Positions 30,255 to 40,730 are shown, counted from the stretch's first letter. The stretch is 46,362 bases of DNA from Anaerotignum sp. (GCA_047972635.1 JBKEAS010000128.1:1-46362); one strand, 5' to 3'. Notes: generated by a model from the letters alone, not told the origin. A program made the numbers and translations.

Positions 30255-32237
30255 TTATTCTTTCAGCAAAGCCAGTGCTTTTTCCACCACATTTTCTACT
30301 GTAAAGCCAAAATCTTTAAATAATAGGTCTGCCGGAGCAGATGCACCAAAGCCTTCCATAGCAATCACAGCACCATCTAAACCAACATATTTATGCCAAC
30401 CAAAATCAGCTGCCGCTTCCACAGCAACTCTCTTTCTAACTTCCTTCGGCATAATGCTTTCCTTATATTCCGCGCTTTGTTCCGCAAAAAGCTCCCAGCT
30501 AGGCATACTAATCACTCTAGCCTTTACGCCTTTTTCAGCCAACACATCATAAGCCTTATAAATCAATTCCACCTCTGAACCACTAGCCATTAGCAAAATG
30601 TCAGGTGTGCCCAAGCAATCCTTCAATACATAAGCACCCTTTAATGCACCCTTGCCTGTTCCTTCCAATGCCGGTAAATTCTGTCTGGTAAGAATTAACG
30701 CTGTCGGTGTTGTTTCCTTTGTTAAAGCAGTGTACCAAGCAGCAGCGGTCTCTCTTGTATCGCAAGGGCGGAACACAATATAGTTTGGCATACTGCGTAG
30801 CATGGCCAAGTGCTCAATCGGCTGATGTGTAGGGCCATCTTCGCCAACGCCAATGCTGTCATGCGTCATAATGCTAATCACAGGCAATCCCATCAACGAC
30901 TCCATACGAAGCCCCGCCTTCATATAATCAGCAAATACGAAGAAACCAGCTACGTAAGGGCGTACGCCACCGTGTACCGCCATACCATTTGCCATTGCCG
31001 TCATTGCAAACTCACGAATACCAAAGTGAATATTAGAACCTGTAGGATTTTCTCTGCTGTAATATTCTCTTTCTTTCATCAAAGATTTATTGGACGGTGC
31101 CAAATCGGCAGAACCACCAAATAAGTTTGGCACAACCTTCGCAACCTTTTGCAACACCTTTTCAGATGCGGCACGTGTTGCAATATCGCCTTCATTTTTC
31201 CAAAAATCTTCATCATTCAAAAGGTCAACTGCCATTTTCCCGCTGTACCAAGCAACGTATTCCTTAGCCAAATCAGGGTTCTTTTGTGCATACGCTTTAA
31301 ATAGTTCGCTCCAAGCAACTTCCGCCTTTTCACCCTCAGCGATAATATTTTCCATATGTGCTTTCACTTCATCAGGCACATAAAAATCATCTGTATACTT
31401 CCAATCCAAATTTTTCTTAGCCAATCCAATTTCGTCAACGCCAAGAGGTTCACCATGAGCAGATGCCTTGCCCTGCTTGTTTGGGGCACCGTAACCAATT
31501 TGTGTATTTACTTTTATCAAAGCCGGCTTGTCCGATGATTTTGCTTTTTCAATCGTTTTTTCAAGCACATCAATATCATTGCCGTCTTCCACTTCAAAAA
31601 CGTCCCAATTATATGCAATAAAACGAGCTTTTACATCTTCTGTAAATGCTTCGTCCGTACTACCTTCAATCGTAATTTTGTTGCAATCGTATAAAATAAC
31701 TAGCTTGGAAAGTCCCATTGTTCCAGCTAAAGAAGCTGCTTCCGAAGCAACACCTTCTTGTAAACAACCATCGCCACAAAGTGCAAACGTATGGTGATCC
31801 ACCACTTTAAATTCAGCCGTATTAAACTTTGCCGCCAAATGTTTTTCTGCCAAAGCCATACCAACAGCGTTTGCAATGCCTTGTCCCAAAGGTCCGCTCG
31901 TTGTTTCCACACCAACAGTGTGTTTATACTCAGGGTGACCAGGTGTCAAAGAATTTCTCTGGCGAAAATTCTTCAAATCATCAATGGTCAAGCCATAACC
32001 AAATACATGAAGCAAAGAATATAATAACGCAGAGCCATGTCCAGCAGAAAGAACAAACCGATCTCTGTTGTCCCAATTAGGATTTTTCGGATTTGCCTTC
32101 ATCCCTTTCGCCCACAACGTGTATGCCATCGGTGCAGCACCTAACGGCAAGCCCGGATGTCCGCTATTCGCCTTCTGAATTGCTTCTGCAGAAAGAAAGC
32201 GTAGCGTATTAATGGTCAATTGATCCATAGGATTCAT
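30255..32237 (-). CDS. tkt: Transketolase
   Basis: SGHPG, DRFVLSAGH, GDGCLQEG and THDSIGVGEDGPTHQP. Start at ATG 32237. Confidence 0.98.
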   Translation of the reverse strand: MNPMDQLTINTLRFLSAEAIQKANSGHPGLPLGAAPMAYTLWAKGMKANPKNPNWDNRDRFVLSAGHGSALLYSLLHVFGYGLTIDDLKNFRQRNSLTPGHPEYKHTVGVETTSGPLGQGIANAVGMALAEKHLAAKFNTAEFKVVDHHTFALCGDGCLQEGVASEAASLAGTMGLSKLVILYDCNKITIEGSTDEAFTEDVKARFIAYNWDVFEVEDGNDIDVLEKTIEKAKSSDKPALIKVNTQIGYGAPNKQGKASAHGEPLGVDEIGLAKKNLDWKYTDDFYVPDEVKAHMENIIAEGEKAEVAWSELFKAYAQKNPDLAKEYVAWYSGKMAVDLLNDEDFWKNEGDIATRAASEKVLQKVAKVVPNLFGGSADLAPSNKSLMKEREYYSRENPTGSNIHFGIREFAMTAMANGMAVHGGVRPYVAGFFVFADYMKAGLRMESLMGLPVISIMTHDSIGVGEDGPTHQPIEHLAMLRSMPNYIVFRPCDTRETAAAWYTALTKETTPTALILTRQNLPALEGTGKGALKGAYVLKDCLGTPDILLMASGSEVELIYKAYDVLAEKGVKARVISMPSWELFAEQSAEYKESIMPKEVRKRVAVEAAADFGWHKYVGLDGAVIAMEGFGASAPADLLFKDFGFTVENVVEKALALLKE

Positions 32238-32281
32238 ATTTTTACCTCCCAAAATAGTTATAAACCTAAAGTAACGTCAAT

Positions 32282-32929
32282 TTATTTTTTAGGTACAGAC
32301 TCCCAGTCTTTCAAGAAACGCTCAATACCAATATCTGTCAAAGGATGTTTTGCCATTTGAATGATTACGTTATAAGGAATGGTTGCAATGTGGCAACCAA
32401 CTCTAGCTGCATCAATAACGTGCAAAGGATTACGGATACTAGCCGCAATGATTTCTGTTTCAATGCCATGCACTTCAAAAATCTCAACAATTTCTTCGAT
32501 CAAGGTCATGCCCACCGCACCAATGTCGTCTACTCTGCCTAAAAAAGGGCTAACGTAAGATGCACCTGCTCTTGCAGCCATCAAAGCCTGTGTAGCAGAA
32601 AAAATCAAAGTCACATTTGTCTTGATACCTTCCGCTGCCAAAATTTTTACAGCCTTTAAACCTTCTAATGTCATCGGAATTTTAATTACAATATTTTTAT
32701 GAATTTTAACCAATTCACGTGCTTCTGTTACCATGCCTTCATGCTCAAGAGAGATGACCTCTGCACTGATCGGGCCATCAACAATGGTCGTAATTTCTTT
32801 TACCACTTCAACAAAATCTCTGCCTTCTTTTGCAATCAAGGAAGGGTTTGTTGTAACGCCACAAATTACACCTAAATCATTTGCCTCTTTAATGTGTTCC
32901 ACATTTGCTGTGTCAATGAACATTTTCAT
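32282..32929 (-). CDS. tal: Transaldolase (TalC / fructose-6-phosphate aldolase family)
   Basis: [19 protein letters not shown] and [11 protein letters not shown]. Adjacent to tkt. Confidence 0.9.
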   Translation of the reverse strand: MKMFIDTANVEHIKEANDLGVICGVTTNPSLIAKEGRDFVEVVKEITTIVDGPISAEVISLEHEGMVTEARELVKIHKNIVIKIPMTLEGLKAVKILAAEGIKTNVTLIFSATQALMAARAGASYVSPFLGRVDDIGAVGMTLIEEIVEIFEVHGIETEIIAASIRNPLHVIDAARVGCHIATIPYNVIIQMAKHPLTDIGIERFLKDWESVPKK

Positions 32930-33042
32930 GGTAGTTATCTCCTTTTTTATTCTAATTAATTATATGTTAGCATCATCTCAACACAATACCAACGCCATAA
33001 AATACATTAAGTGGTGTTGAGTTGTTTTTGTATACTTTCTTT

Positions 33043-33071
33043 ATTGTAATCCATATAAACAACAAAATCAA
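33043..33071 (-). promoter_or_regulatory. Putative SigA promoter of tal-tkt
   Basis: TTGATT-17 bp-TACAAT. Confidence 0.6.
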
Positions 33072-33158
33072 CGTCTTTCCCCCTATAAACTGTACTTTCT
33101 AAAAGGCAACCAAGGGCTTACGCTAAAGTAGGTTCTTTCTTGTTATTTGTGTATAAGT

Positions 33159-33190
33159 AAAATGAGAGCATCTTGTTAAAATACCCTCAT
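33159..33190 (-). terminator. Terminator after thrC
   Basis: ATGAGGGTAT-N9-ATGCTCTCAT followed by TTT on the minus strand. Confidence 0.6.
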
Positions 33191-33212
33191 CTTTTTATAG
33201 ATTACATGACTT

Positions 33213-34679
33213 TTATAATAAATAGCCTTTTACAAATTCCTTAATTTTATCCCGCTCGCAAACATTTTTATGCAAAATTTCTCTTTCTTCAATCCCTCTA
33301 ATTGGTTCAGGTATGGAAACACTACTTATTTTTTCCAAAACTTTCATCAACTCAAACGCATCCTCGGCCCCATATTTTTCATCTAAAGCGGTCATAACGT
33401 CCTTTGTAAATTTATACGGACTTGCAGTAGATACAATGACCATAGGTCTATCGTCTTTGCTTTCTGCCTTATACTTTTGATATGCAACATATGCAACAGC
33501 GGTATGTGTGTCCATGACATATCCGGTTTCCGTAAAGAAAGTTTTAATTGCATCGTATGTTTCTTGTTCTGTAGCATACGCACCGCTAATTTTACTTTCT
33601 GTAAGACGAACGCTATACTTTCCTTCCTGGTTTAATTTCATCATTCCATCTTTTGTCACTTCTTGTCCTAGCATATGGGATAACAATCGTTCCAAATTGC
33701 TAGAAACCAAAATATCCATTGAAGGTGAAACCGTCACACAAAACGCTCTATTTCTGTCATATGTGCCTGTACGAAAGAAATCATATAATACTTTGTTGTC
33801 GTTAGATGCACACACAAAATGCCCCACAGGAAGTCCCAACTTCATTGCATACCATCCCGCCAAAAGATCCCCAAAGTTTCCAGTAGGCACGCTGAAGTTC
33901 ATTTCTTCGCCTATATTTATAATGCCTTGCTTTACTGATTGTAGATATGCATGAAAGTAATACACAATTTGCGGAACCAAACGACCAATATTAATTGAAT
34001 TTGCCGAAGAAAAAACATATCCCTTCTCCTCTAATTCTGCCGCTAAAATTTCGTCGGTAAAAATACTTTTCACTGCGCTTTGGGCATCGTCAAAATTTCC
34101 CAAAATCCCAACAACACAAGTATTCTCACCTTCTTGCGTTGTCATTTGTAATTTTTGAACGGGACTTACCCCATCCTCCGGGAAAAATACAATAATTTTT
34201 GTACCCTCTACTTTAGCAAAGCCTTCTAATGCAGCCTTTCCAGTATCACCAGATGTCGCAGTTAAAATAACAATTTCTCTCTCCAAGCCTTCTCTTTTTG
34301 CTGCCGTTTTCATGAAATATGGCAAAATGGATAATGCCATATCCTTAAATGCTAATGTTTTGCCGTGAAATAATTCTAAAAACAACGCATCCCCCTTTTG
34401 TATCAAAGGAGCAATCTCTGTGGTATCAAATTTTTCATCATACGCGCCCTTAATACAGCTTCTAAGCTCATCTTCTGTAAAATCTAAAAACAAATTTAAA
34501 ATTTCGTATGCTAAATCTTGATAGCTTAGTTGTAGCAATTCTTCCAAAGACTTTTCCAAAACTGGAATTTCTTTGGGTATATAAAGTCCACCGTCAGGAC
34601 AAATTCCTCTCAAAATCGCCTCAGAAGCAGTCGCACGAATAGACTTGTCTCTCGTTCCAAAATATGTAACCTTTTCCAT
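33213..34679 (-). CDS. thrC: Threonine synthase
   Basis: LELFHGKTLAFKDMAL (PLP Lys), TATSGDTG, SANSINIGRL and VPTGNFGD. ATG 34679 (alternative TTG 34685). Confidence 0.97.
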   Translation of the reverse strand: MEKVTYFGTRDKSIRATASEAILRGICPDGGLYIPKEIPVLEKSLEELLQLSYQDLAYEILNLFLDFTEDELRSCIKGAYDEKFDTTEIAPLIQKGDALFLELFHGKTLAFKDMALSILPYFMKTAAKREGLEREIVILTATSGDTGKAALEGFAKVEGTKIIVFFPEDGVSPVQKLQMTTQEGENTCVVGILGNFDDAQSAVKSIFTDEILAAELEEKGYVFSSANSINIGRLVPQIVYYFHAYLQSVKQGIINIGEEMNFSVPTGNFGDLLAGWYAMKLGLPVGHFVCASNDNKVLYDFFRTGTYDRNRAFCVTVSPSMDILVSSNLERLLSHMLGQEVTKDGMMKLNQEGKYSVRLTESKISGAYATEQETYDAIKTFFTETGYVMDTHTAVAYVAYQKYKAESKDDRPMVIVSTASPYKFTKDVMTALDEKYGAEDAFELMKVLEKISSVSIPEPIRGIEEREILHKNVCERDKIKEFVKGYLL

Positions 34680-34719
34680 TACCAATTACCTTCTTCCTTA
34701 TAAAAAATATACTATTTCT

Positions 34720-34747
34720 ATTTTACAAATTTTTCACCATTTGTCAA
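34720..34747 (-). promoter_or_regulatory. Putative SigA promoter of thrC
   Basis: TTGACA-16 bp-TAAAAT. Confidence 0.6.
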
Positions 34748-35068
34748 CCAGCATTGTACATTTGTCTGTTATCCAAGGACACATTTCAGTTTCCAACTCT
34801 AAAAGATATCTATTTTCTCCCTAGTGCCAAACCTCAAAAAACATATCTTATTCTTATATCCATGATAGGCTTCATTTCATAACTTCTTTAGATCTTTTTT
34901 TTTATTCTTTTAACATCATATCAAAGATTTGCATATAATACAAAAAACACACACAAACAAAATCTATATTCTGGAAATATTTATCTTTACAAAGTACCTT
35001 AACTCGTTTAATATAAAATGACTATATTGGTATTTTGTTTGCTATGATTTTTAAAGGAGGCATTTTTG

Positions 35069-35668
35069 ATGGGCAAAGCAGTGTGGAAACCGGGCACCGT
35101 ACTCTATCCAGTACCTGTTGTTATGGTATCTTGTGGCACTGAGGAAAAAGGTAATATCATCACCGTAGCCTGGGCAGGCACCGTAAATAGCGACCCTGCA
35201 ATGACCTATGTTTCCATTCGCCCTTCTCGCCAATCCTTTGATCTCATTAAAAACAGTAAAGAATTTGTAATCAATTTGGTTACAAAAGATTTGGCATATG
35301 CTTGCGATTATTGTGGTGTAAAAAGCGGGCGAGATGTAGATAAATTTAAAGAAATGAAACTTACAGCCAAAAAAGGTGAAGTGGTAGATGCACCTATCAT
35401 TTATGAAAGCCCTGTAAATATCGAGTGTAGGGTAAAAGAAATCATACCTTTAGGCACCCATCATATGTTTTTAGCTGAAGTAGTTTCTGTTAGCGTCAGC
35501 GATGAATTTTTAGACAAAACAGGTAAATTTCACTTCAACAAAACAGAACCTGTTTGCTATTCTCACGGTGCATATTTCGCCATCGGCGAACAATTGGGAA
35601 CATTTGGTTATTCAATAAAGAAAAAACCAATCAATAAAAAAAAGAAATATAACTCAAACTTTGATTAA
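35069..35668 (+). CDS. Flavin reductase-like / flavoredoxin (FMN-binding split barrel)
   Basis: LYPVPVVMVSC, EFVINL, CGVKSGRDVDKF and GTHHMFLAEV. SD AAAGGAGG. Confidence 0.9.
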   Translation: MGKAVWKPGTVLYPVPVVMVSCGTEEKGNIITVAWAGTVNSDPAMTYVSIRPSRQSFDLIKNSKEFVINLVTKDLAYACDYCGVKSGRDVDKFKEMKLTAKKGEVVDAPIIYESPVNIECRVKEIIPLGTHHMFLAEVVSVSVSDEFLDKTGKFHFNKTEPVCYSHGAYFAIGEQLGTFGYSIKKKPINKKKKYNSNFD

Positions 35669-35685
35669 AGGGAGGATCTTTTGAA

Positions 35686-35919
35686 ATGTTAAGGATTACA
35701 GAAGTCAATATTTATTCTATTGATAAAAGCGATGATAATTGGGCAATTGAGGGTGAAATTTTGTTTGAGGATGATTTAACCTCCGCCTTTGAAGCCACAT
35801 ATCTTGCAGAAGAAGACGAATTAGAAAGCCTTTCCCTAGAGTTGGATTTAGATGAAGACTACGATGCACGTGCACTTAAAAAATGGATTTTAGCAGCGAC
35901 AAATAACTACGAAGACTAA
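35686..35919 (+). CDS. Small highly acidic hypothetical protein
   Basis: 77 aa ORF with SD GGGAGG, 17 bp after the flavin reductase stop and followed by a terminator. Confidence 0.75.
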   Translation: MLRITEVNIYSIDKSDDNWAIEGEILFEDDLTSAFEATYLAEEDELESLSLELDLDEDYDARALKKWILAATNNYED

Positions 35920-35925
35920 AAAATT

Positions 35926-35952
35926 ACGGCTATTATAATAATAGCCGTTTTA
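35926..35952 (+). terminator. Intrinsic terminator
   Basis: ACGGCTATTA-TAA-TAATAGCCGT followed by a T run. Confidence 0.8.
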
Positions 35953-36018
35953 TTATGCAAAAATATATCATTAATCGATGCTTTTCCCACCCTAATCATA
36001 AACCACTTAAGCTTTCTT

Positions 36019-36708
36019 TCAACGAATTCGTTTCGGACAAAAATCAATATAATCAGCCGATACCAAATGAAAAAAAACACCATCCCGATCTCCTTTTACA
36101 CCATTTTCGTGACTAGCACTTCCGTGTAAATGTCCATACACTACCTCTTTAATGGGATATTGTGCAATAATCTCAGTAAAAGCCGAATTTTCTTGTTTGT
36201 CATTGGTAGGTGGAAAATGCATCATAAGTAAGATTTCTTTAGCGCCCTGCCTCATCGCATAATCCAAAGAAAGCTTTAATCTAATCTGCTCTCGTTGGTA
36301 AAGCTTTTCATCTTGCGGTGTAAAATGAGTATCATTGGGACAAATCCACCCCCTCGTACCACAAATATAAATATCGTCATAAAGCTGACAATCGTTTTTT
36401 AAAAATTTCATTCCCTCATACATTCTTCCAAGTTTTGATGTCGACTTCCACCAGTAGTCATGGTTTCCTTCTAAAAGTATTTTACGCCCCGGTAAATCAT
36501 GAATGATTTCCAAATCAGCCTTCGCTTCACACTCTCTCATACCCCAAGAAATATCTCCCGCTAACAAAACGGTATCTGTATCGCTAATTTCTCGTTTCCA
36601 ATTGTCTATGATCTTCTCGCTATGACCCTCCCAATGAGCTCCAAAAATGCTCATCGGTTTTTGTACCGCATACCCAAAATGAAGATCTCCTATGGCAAAT
36701 AATCCCAT
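36019..36708 (-). CDS. Calcineurin-like metallophosphoesterase
   Basis: GDLH, GDISW, GNHDYWW, HFPP and YGHLH motifs. Confidence 0.92.
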   Translation of the reverse strand: MGLFAIGDLHFGYAVQKPMSIFGAHWEGHSEKIIDNWKREISDTDTVLLAGDISWGMRECEAKADLEIIHDLPGRKILLEGNHDYWWKSTSKLGRMYEGMKFLKNDCQLYDDIYICGTRGWICPNDTHFTPQDEKLYQREQIRLKLSLDYAMRQGAKEILLMMHFPPTNDKQENSAFTEIIAQYPIKEVVYGHLHGSASHENGVKGDRDGVFFHLVSADYIDFCPKRIR

Positions 36709-36880
36709 ACCCCGCTCCTTTTCACTTCGATAAACTTCTGCTCATGCATTTCATTTTTCAATTCAATATCATAATGAGCTACTCAAATTATAACACACTC
36801 TTTTTCCCTATTCCATACTATTCCAACCACCACTCCTACACCTTAACCTTAAATTACACCTTGGTAAAAAATCACATCCA

Positions 36881-36919
36881 CAAAAAAAGAAATGCCTAAT
36901 TGTAAAATTTCAGCATTTC
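36881..36919 (-). terminator. Probable terminator of the proB-panE operon
   Basis: GAAATGC...GCATTTC stem followed by a T run on the minus strand. Confidence 0.55.
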
Positions 36920-37027
36920 CCTCTTTTCAACCATCTTCGTAATAAAGACTTATTCTAAATTACATATCCTTCTTCATTTTCGTGCTAGAATAATCCATCC
37001 TATACTTACGTTCATGTATAGTCATAT

Positions 37028-37939
37028 TTAATGTTTCATTTCATATACCTTCTCCATAAACGGGATAGAAATATCCAACTCCTTCGCCAACCGGTAACCG
37101 CTTCCTACCACCCAATCAAACTCAGTTTCTGCTTTCCCATCTTTTATATCTCTGTATAATGAAGAAACCGTTTCAGCCTTGAGACCCCGAAATACTTCCA
37201 TGTGTCTCTCCGGCATATCTTCCATCCCTGTAACGCCCATAGCCTCACCCAAATGATAGATGTCCTCAAAAATGCCTCGTAAAAATTCCATCTTTTTGTC
37301 ATCTTCTTGTATGCCACCAGCGGAACAATCAAAGTAAATAAAAGCACAACTATTGCCACACATCATAGCATATTTTTCCCAAAGCGACTTCATAATGTCC
37401 TGCCCATAAACCGAAGGTAATCCGCCCTCATTCAACATCCGAACGAGTTTTTCAGCCTTTTCGTTCTCTCTTCCATCTTTGAACCCAATCCCCACTTGAA
37501 GAAGATTGCCGGAATTGACAACATACCCTGTCTGTATAATATTGGATAAGCAATAAATATAGCTATCACTTACAATGCCTTTGCCCCCTAACCATTCTGT
37601 AACAGTCCTCGAAGCGGCAATCCCATTTTGTAAGGGAACAACCAAGGTATCTTTCCCAATAATAGGAGCATATTTTTTACAACTATCCTCTAGTCCATAA
37701 CTCTTACTGCAAAGAATTAAAACATCAACAATCCCAATTTCGTCCGAATCATCACAAACCAAGCTAGGACGAATAACCATATCTCCTAATAAATCAGACT
37801 TCAAGTGAAGCCCTTCTTCCTCCAAAACACGCTTCGTGTCGCTTCTGGCAATAAAAATCAAATCTTTCTCATATTTTTTCAGCCCACCTGCAATCGTGGC
37901 ACCAACGCCACCAAGTCCTAATATAGCAATTCTCATCAT
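37028..37939 (-). CDS. panE: Ketopantoate reductase family protein (PanE/ApbA)
   Basis: GLGGVG Rossmann motif, KSY, PLQNG, WEK and SSLYRD..G..ETE. Confidence 0.85.
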   Translation of the reverse strand: MMRIAILGLGGVGATIAGGLKKYEKDLIFIARSDTKRVLEEEGLHLKSDLLGDMVIRPSLVCDDSDEIGIVDVLILCSKSYGLEDSCKKYAPIIGKDTLVVPLQNGIAASRTVTEWLGGKGIVSDSYIYCLSNIIQTGYVVNSGNLLQVGIGFKDGRENEKAEKLVRMLNEGGLPSVYGQDIMKSLWEKYAMMCGNSCAFIYFDCSAGGIQEDDKKMEFLRGIFEDIYHLGEAMGVTGMEDMPERHMEVFRGLKAETVSSLYRDIKDGKAETEFDWVVGSGYRLAKELDISIPFMEKVYEMKH

Positions 37940-37957
37940 CTTCCCCCTTTTCTAATT

Positions 37958-38905
37958 TCAATATCTAAGCGGAATATCTGAAAGAGTAACAGGAATGTTC
38001 AACCCCTGTGCTCTCAAAAAAGCCCTAACGCCTCGAATTGTAATATCGTTATTGTTTTTTGCCCCTACCATAACCGTTTCTAGTGGTATCGGCTTATCCT
38101 TTCCATCAAACTCCACCATGATAAAAGGCAAAAAAACCTCCCCTAAAATCCTAAACCTTGGTTTGTTTGCCGCTTCGTCAGCAGAAGGAGAAAATATAAA
38201 TCGATACTCCTCTTCACCATCAAAATGCTGACTTTTAAAAAACATAGCATACACAGAACAAACCATGGCCATGTCTTTTCCAATTTTGTGTAAAGACTCC
38301 TCATCAATATATGACACTTCGTCAAAAAAGGTCTCCAAGTCGATATGTCCCTCGCCTTTAACACGACCAATACAGGATAATAAGGCCTCCAAGAGGCAGT
38401 TAATTTGTTGTCTTTCATCATAAATTACTGTGCCATGAAGAAAAGATCTATTAGAAAATCCCTCCACAATCTTTTCATAATCAAAACCAAGACAATATCC
38501 TTTAAACTCAGTAAATTCCGCCCAAAGCAATGCGCTATTTTCAAGCTTGGAAAAAGAAACCACATAAAAACTCATCTGCCTTTTTTCAGGGGCACAAGCA
38601 ATGTCGCAAGAAGGTTTCACAATTGCAAGTTCGTCCATTTCATCTTTAACAATCTGATAAAGCTTCCGCCCTAATTCTTTATCCACCACATAAATTTCAA
38701 TCAATTTTTCCAACACATCAAGTGCATATAAAAACTCAAGCTTATCGTTTAAAAAATTGCTTTTTGTAGCAATAAATTGTTTGTTTTCAACAATCCCTTG
38801 TACGCCCTCTGCTGTCGTGTAATGATATAGCCTTTTTCCACTTTCATAAAGAGGTATCTGTACCCATTTATCAATATATCCTGTTTTTTTGAATAGCTCC
38901 ACCAA
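37958..38905 (-). CDS. DUF2971-domain protein
   Basis: LYHYTT, FLND..E, VSFS, LLWAEF..GYCLGFD and K..HF..EEEYR pattern. Confidence 0.78.
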   Translation of the reverse strand: MVELFKKTGYIDKWVQIPLYESGKRLYHYTTAEGVQGIVENKQFIATKSNFLNDKLEFLYALDVLEKLIEIYVVDKELGRKLYQIVKDEMDELAIVKPSCDIACAPEKRQMSFYVVSFSKLENSALLWAEFTEFKGYCLGFDYEKIVEGFSNRSFLHGTVIYDERQQINCLLEALLSCIGRVKGEGHIDLETFFDEVSYIDEESLHKIGKDMAMVCSVYAMFFKSQHFDGEEEYRFIFSPSADEAANKPRFRILGEVFLPFIMVEFDGKDKPIPLETVMVGAKNNNDITIRGVRAFLRAQGLNIPVTLSDIPLRY

Positions 38906-38920
38906 TAAATCCTCCTAACA

Positions 38921-40165
38921 CTACCTTATTTGTCCATTTCCATAGATAATGTATTTCGTCGTGGTAAGCTCTTTTAGACCCATAGGCCCTCTTGCGTGTA
39001 ACTTTTGTGTGCTGATACCAATTTCCGCACCAAAGCCAAACTGTCCACCATCTGTAAAACGTGTTGATGCATTCACATAAACCGCCGCTGCATCTACCTC
39101 ATTTAAAAACCTTTGTGCATTTGTATAGTTCTCAGTCAAGATTGCCTCTGAATGCCCCGTGGAGTACTTGCGAATATGTGTAATCGCTTCATCCAAATCC
39201 TTCACCACACGGGTAGAGATAATATAATCAGAATACTCCGTTGCCCAATCTTCATCGGTCGCGCCAACTGCATTAGGAATAAGCGTACAGGTATCTTCAT
39301 CCCCACGAATTTCCACATTCTTCTCTTGTAGAGCCGCTCCTACCATAGGCAAAAATAATTTTGCAATCTTTTCATGCACCAATAAACTCTCGCAAGCATT
39401 GCAAACACCCGGTCGCTGCGTTTTGGCATTGAGCACAATATCAACAGCTTGATCCAAATTTGCCGTTTCATCCACAAAAATATGGCAATTGCCAACACCA
39501 GTTTCTATCACAGGAACCGTGCTGTTTTGCACAACACTCTGGATTAAGCCCATGCCACCTCTAGGAATTAAAACATCCAAATATCCATTTAACCGCATCA
39601 TTTCCTGCGCACTCTCTCTAGATGTGTCCGGAACCAATTGCACAATATCTATAGGCATCCCCATCTTCCCAATTGCATGACGAAAAACAGAAACTATCGC
39701 CTCATTTGTTTGAAACGCTTCTTTTCCGCCTCTAAGAATAACTGCACTACCTGCCTTTAAACATAATCCAAACGCATCCGCCGTAACATTGGGTCTTGCT
39801 TCAAAAATAATGCCAATCACGCCCATGGGCACTCTTTTTTGTCCAACCACCAAACCATTGTCTAATGTTTTCATGGACAAAACCTCGCCCACAGGATCCT
39901 CAAGCCCCGCCACCTGGCGAAGTCCCTCTGCCATTTCTAAAACCCTTTGCCTATTTAAAGTCAAGCGATCAATGAAAGCACCCTTAATTCCCGATGCCAA
40001 AGCCGCCTTAACATCCATCTCATTTGCCGCTAAAATGTCCGACTCTGCCGCAAGCAATGCATCCGCAGCGCAACAAAGAATTTCGTTTTTCTTTGGTGTA
40101 GTTAAGCCAGCCAGTATCACCGATGCATCCTTTGCCTTTTGTCCCATCTCAGTTAAAATACTCAC
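38921..40165 (-). CDS. proA: Glutamate-5-semialdehyde dehydrogenase
   Basis: IFEARPNVT, VCNACE, NASTRFTDG and KLHARGPMGL. GTG start. Confidence 0.98.
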   Translation of the reverse strand: MSILTEMGQKAKDASVILAGLTTPKKNEILCCAADALLAAESDILAANEMDVKAALASGIKGAFIDRLTLNRQRVLEMAEGLRQVAGLEDPVGEVLSMKTLDNGLVVGQKRVPMGVIGIIFEARPNVTADAFGLCLKAGSAVILRGGKEAFQTNEAIVSVFRHAIGKMGMPIDIVQLVPDTSRESAQEMMRLNGYLDVLIPRGGMGLIQSVVQNSTVPVIETGVGNCHIFVDETANLDQAVDIVLNAKTQRPGVCNACESLLVHEKIAKLFLPMVGAALQEKNVEIRGDEDTCTLIPNAVGATDEDWATEYSDYIISTRVVKDLDEAITHIRKYSTGHSEAILTENYTNAQRFLNEVDAAAVYVNASTRFTDGGQFGFGAEIGISTQKLHARGPMGLKELTTTKYIIYGNGQIR

Positions 40166-40730
40166 GTTTATTCCCTCCTATCAAGCCTTTTTCCGTAACA
40201 ATACAATCCACAGGAATGTCATATTCTTCCACTTGTAATTCAAATTCCATCACTTGAAAAGAAAATGCTACGCCCATTTTAAATACGTCGGGATAGCATT
40301 GAAAATATCTGTCGTAAAACCCAGCCCCATAGCCGTAACGGTTTCCCCTTGTATCAAAAACACTTCCAGGAACAATAAAAAGATCGTTTTCATGAGGGAT
40401 CATGGCTTCGCTTTCTTCCTTTTGTGGTTCCAATACGCCAAAACTGGTCCTTTTTAGCTCTGCAAAAGATTTCAAATGCACAAAATACATCTTTCCACCT
40501 TTTTTCGCAATCGGCACAGCAACCTCTTTGCCTTCTTGCCAAGCCTGCTTAATTAGAGGATGTGTATCAATCTCCTCCTCCATACTCACAAATATAAATA
40601 TACGCTTTGCATCTTGATATTCTTTCCTATTCAAAATATAATTTCTAATTTCCAAACTGCCTTCTTGCCTTTCTATTTTAGAAAGATCTTTTCGTTTCCC
40701 TAATATTTCTTTACGTAGCCTTGCTTTCAT
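40149..40730 (-). CDS. 5-formyltetrahydrofolate cyclo-ligase
   Basis: EIDT, IVPGSVFD..GNRYGYGAGFYDRY and DIPVD.IVTE. ATG 40730 overlaps the upstream stop (ATGA). Confidence 0.93.
   Translation of the reverse strand: MKARLRKEILGKRKDLSKIERQEGSLEIRNYILNRKEYQDAKRIFIFVSMEEEIDTHPLIKQAWQEGKEVAVPIAKKGGKMYFVHLKSFAELKRTSFGVLEPQKEESEAMIPHENDLFIVPGSVFDTRGNRYGYGAGFYDRYFQCYPDVFKMGVAFSFQVMEFELQVEEYDIPVDCIVTEKGLIGGNKREYFN

Noticed and set aside
34815..34832. TTTGGCAC (minus strand) as a sigma54 -24 box upstream of thrC
   Set aside because: There is no -12 TTGC at the right distance, and a SigA promoter explains thrC.
34680..35050. T-box or riboswitch upstream of thrC
   Set aside because: There is no T-box sequence or leader terminator, and the likely promoter is only about 40 bp from the start.
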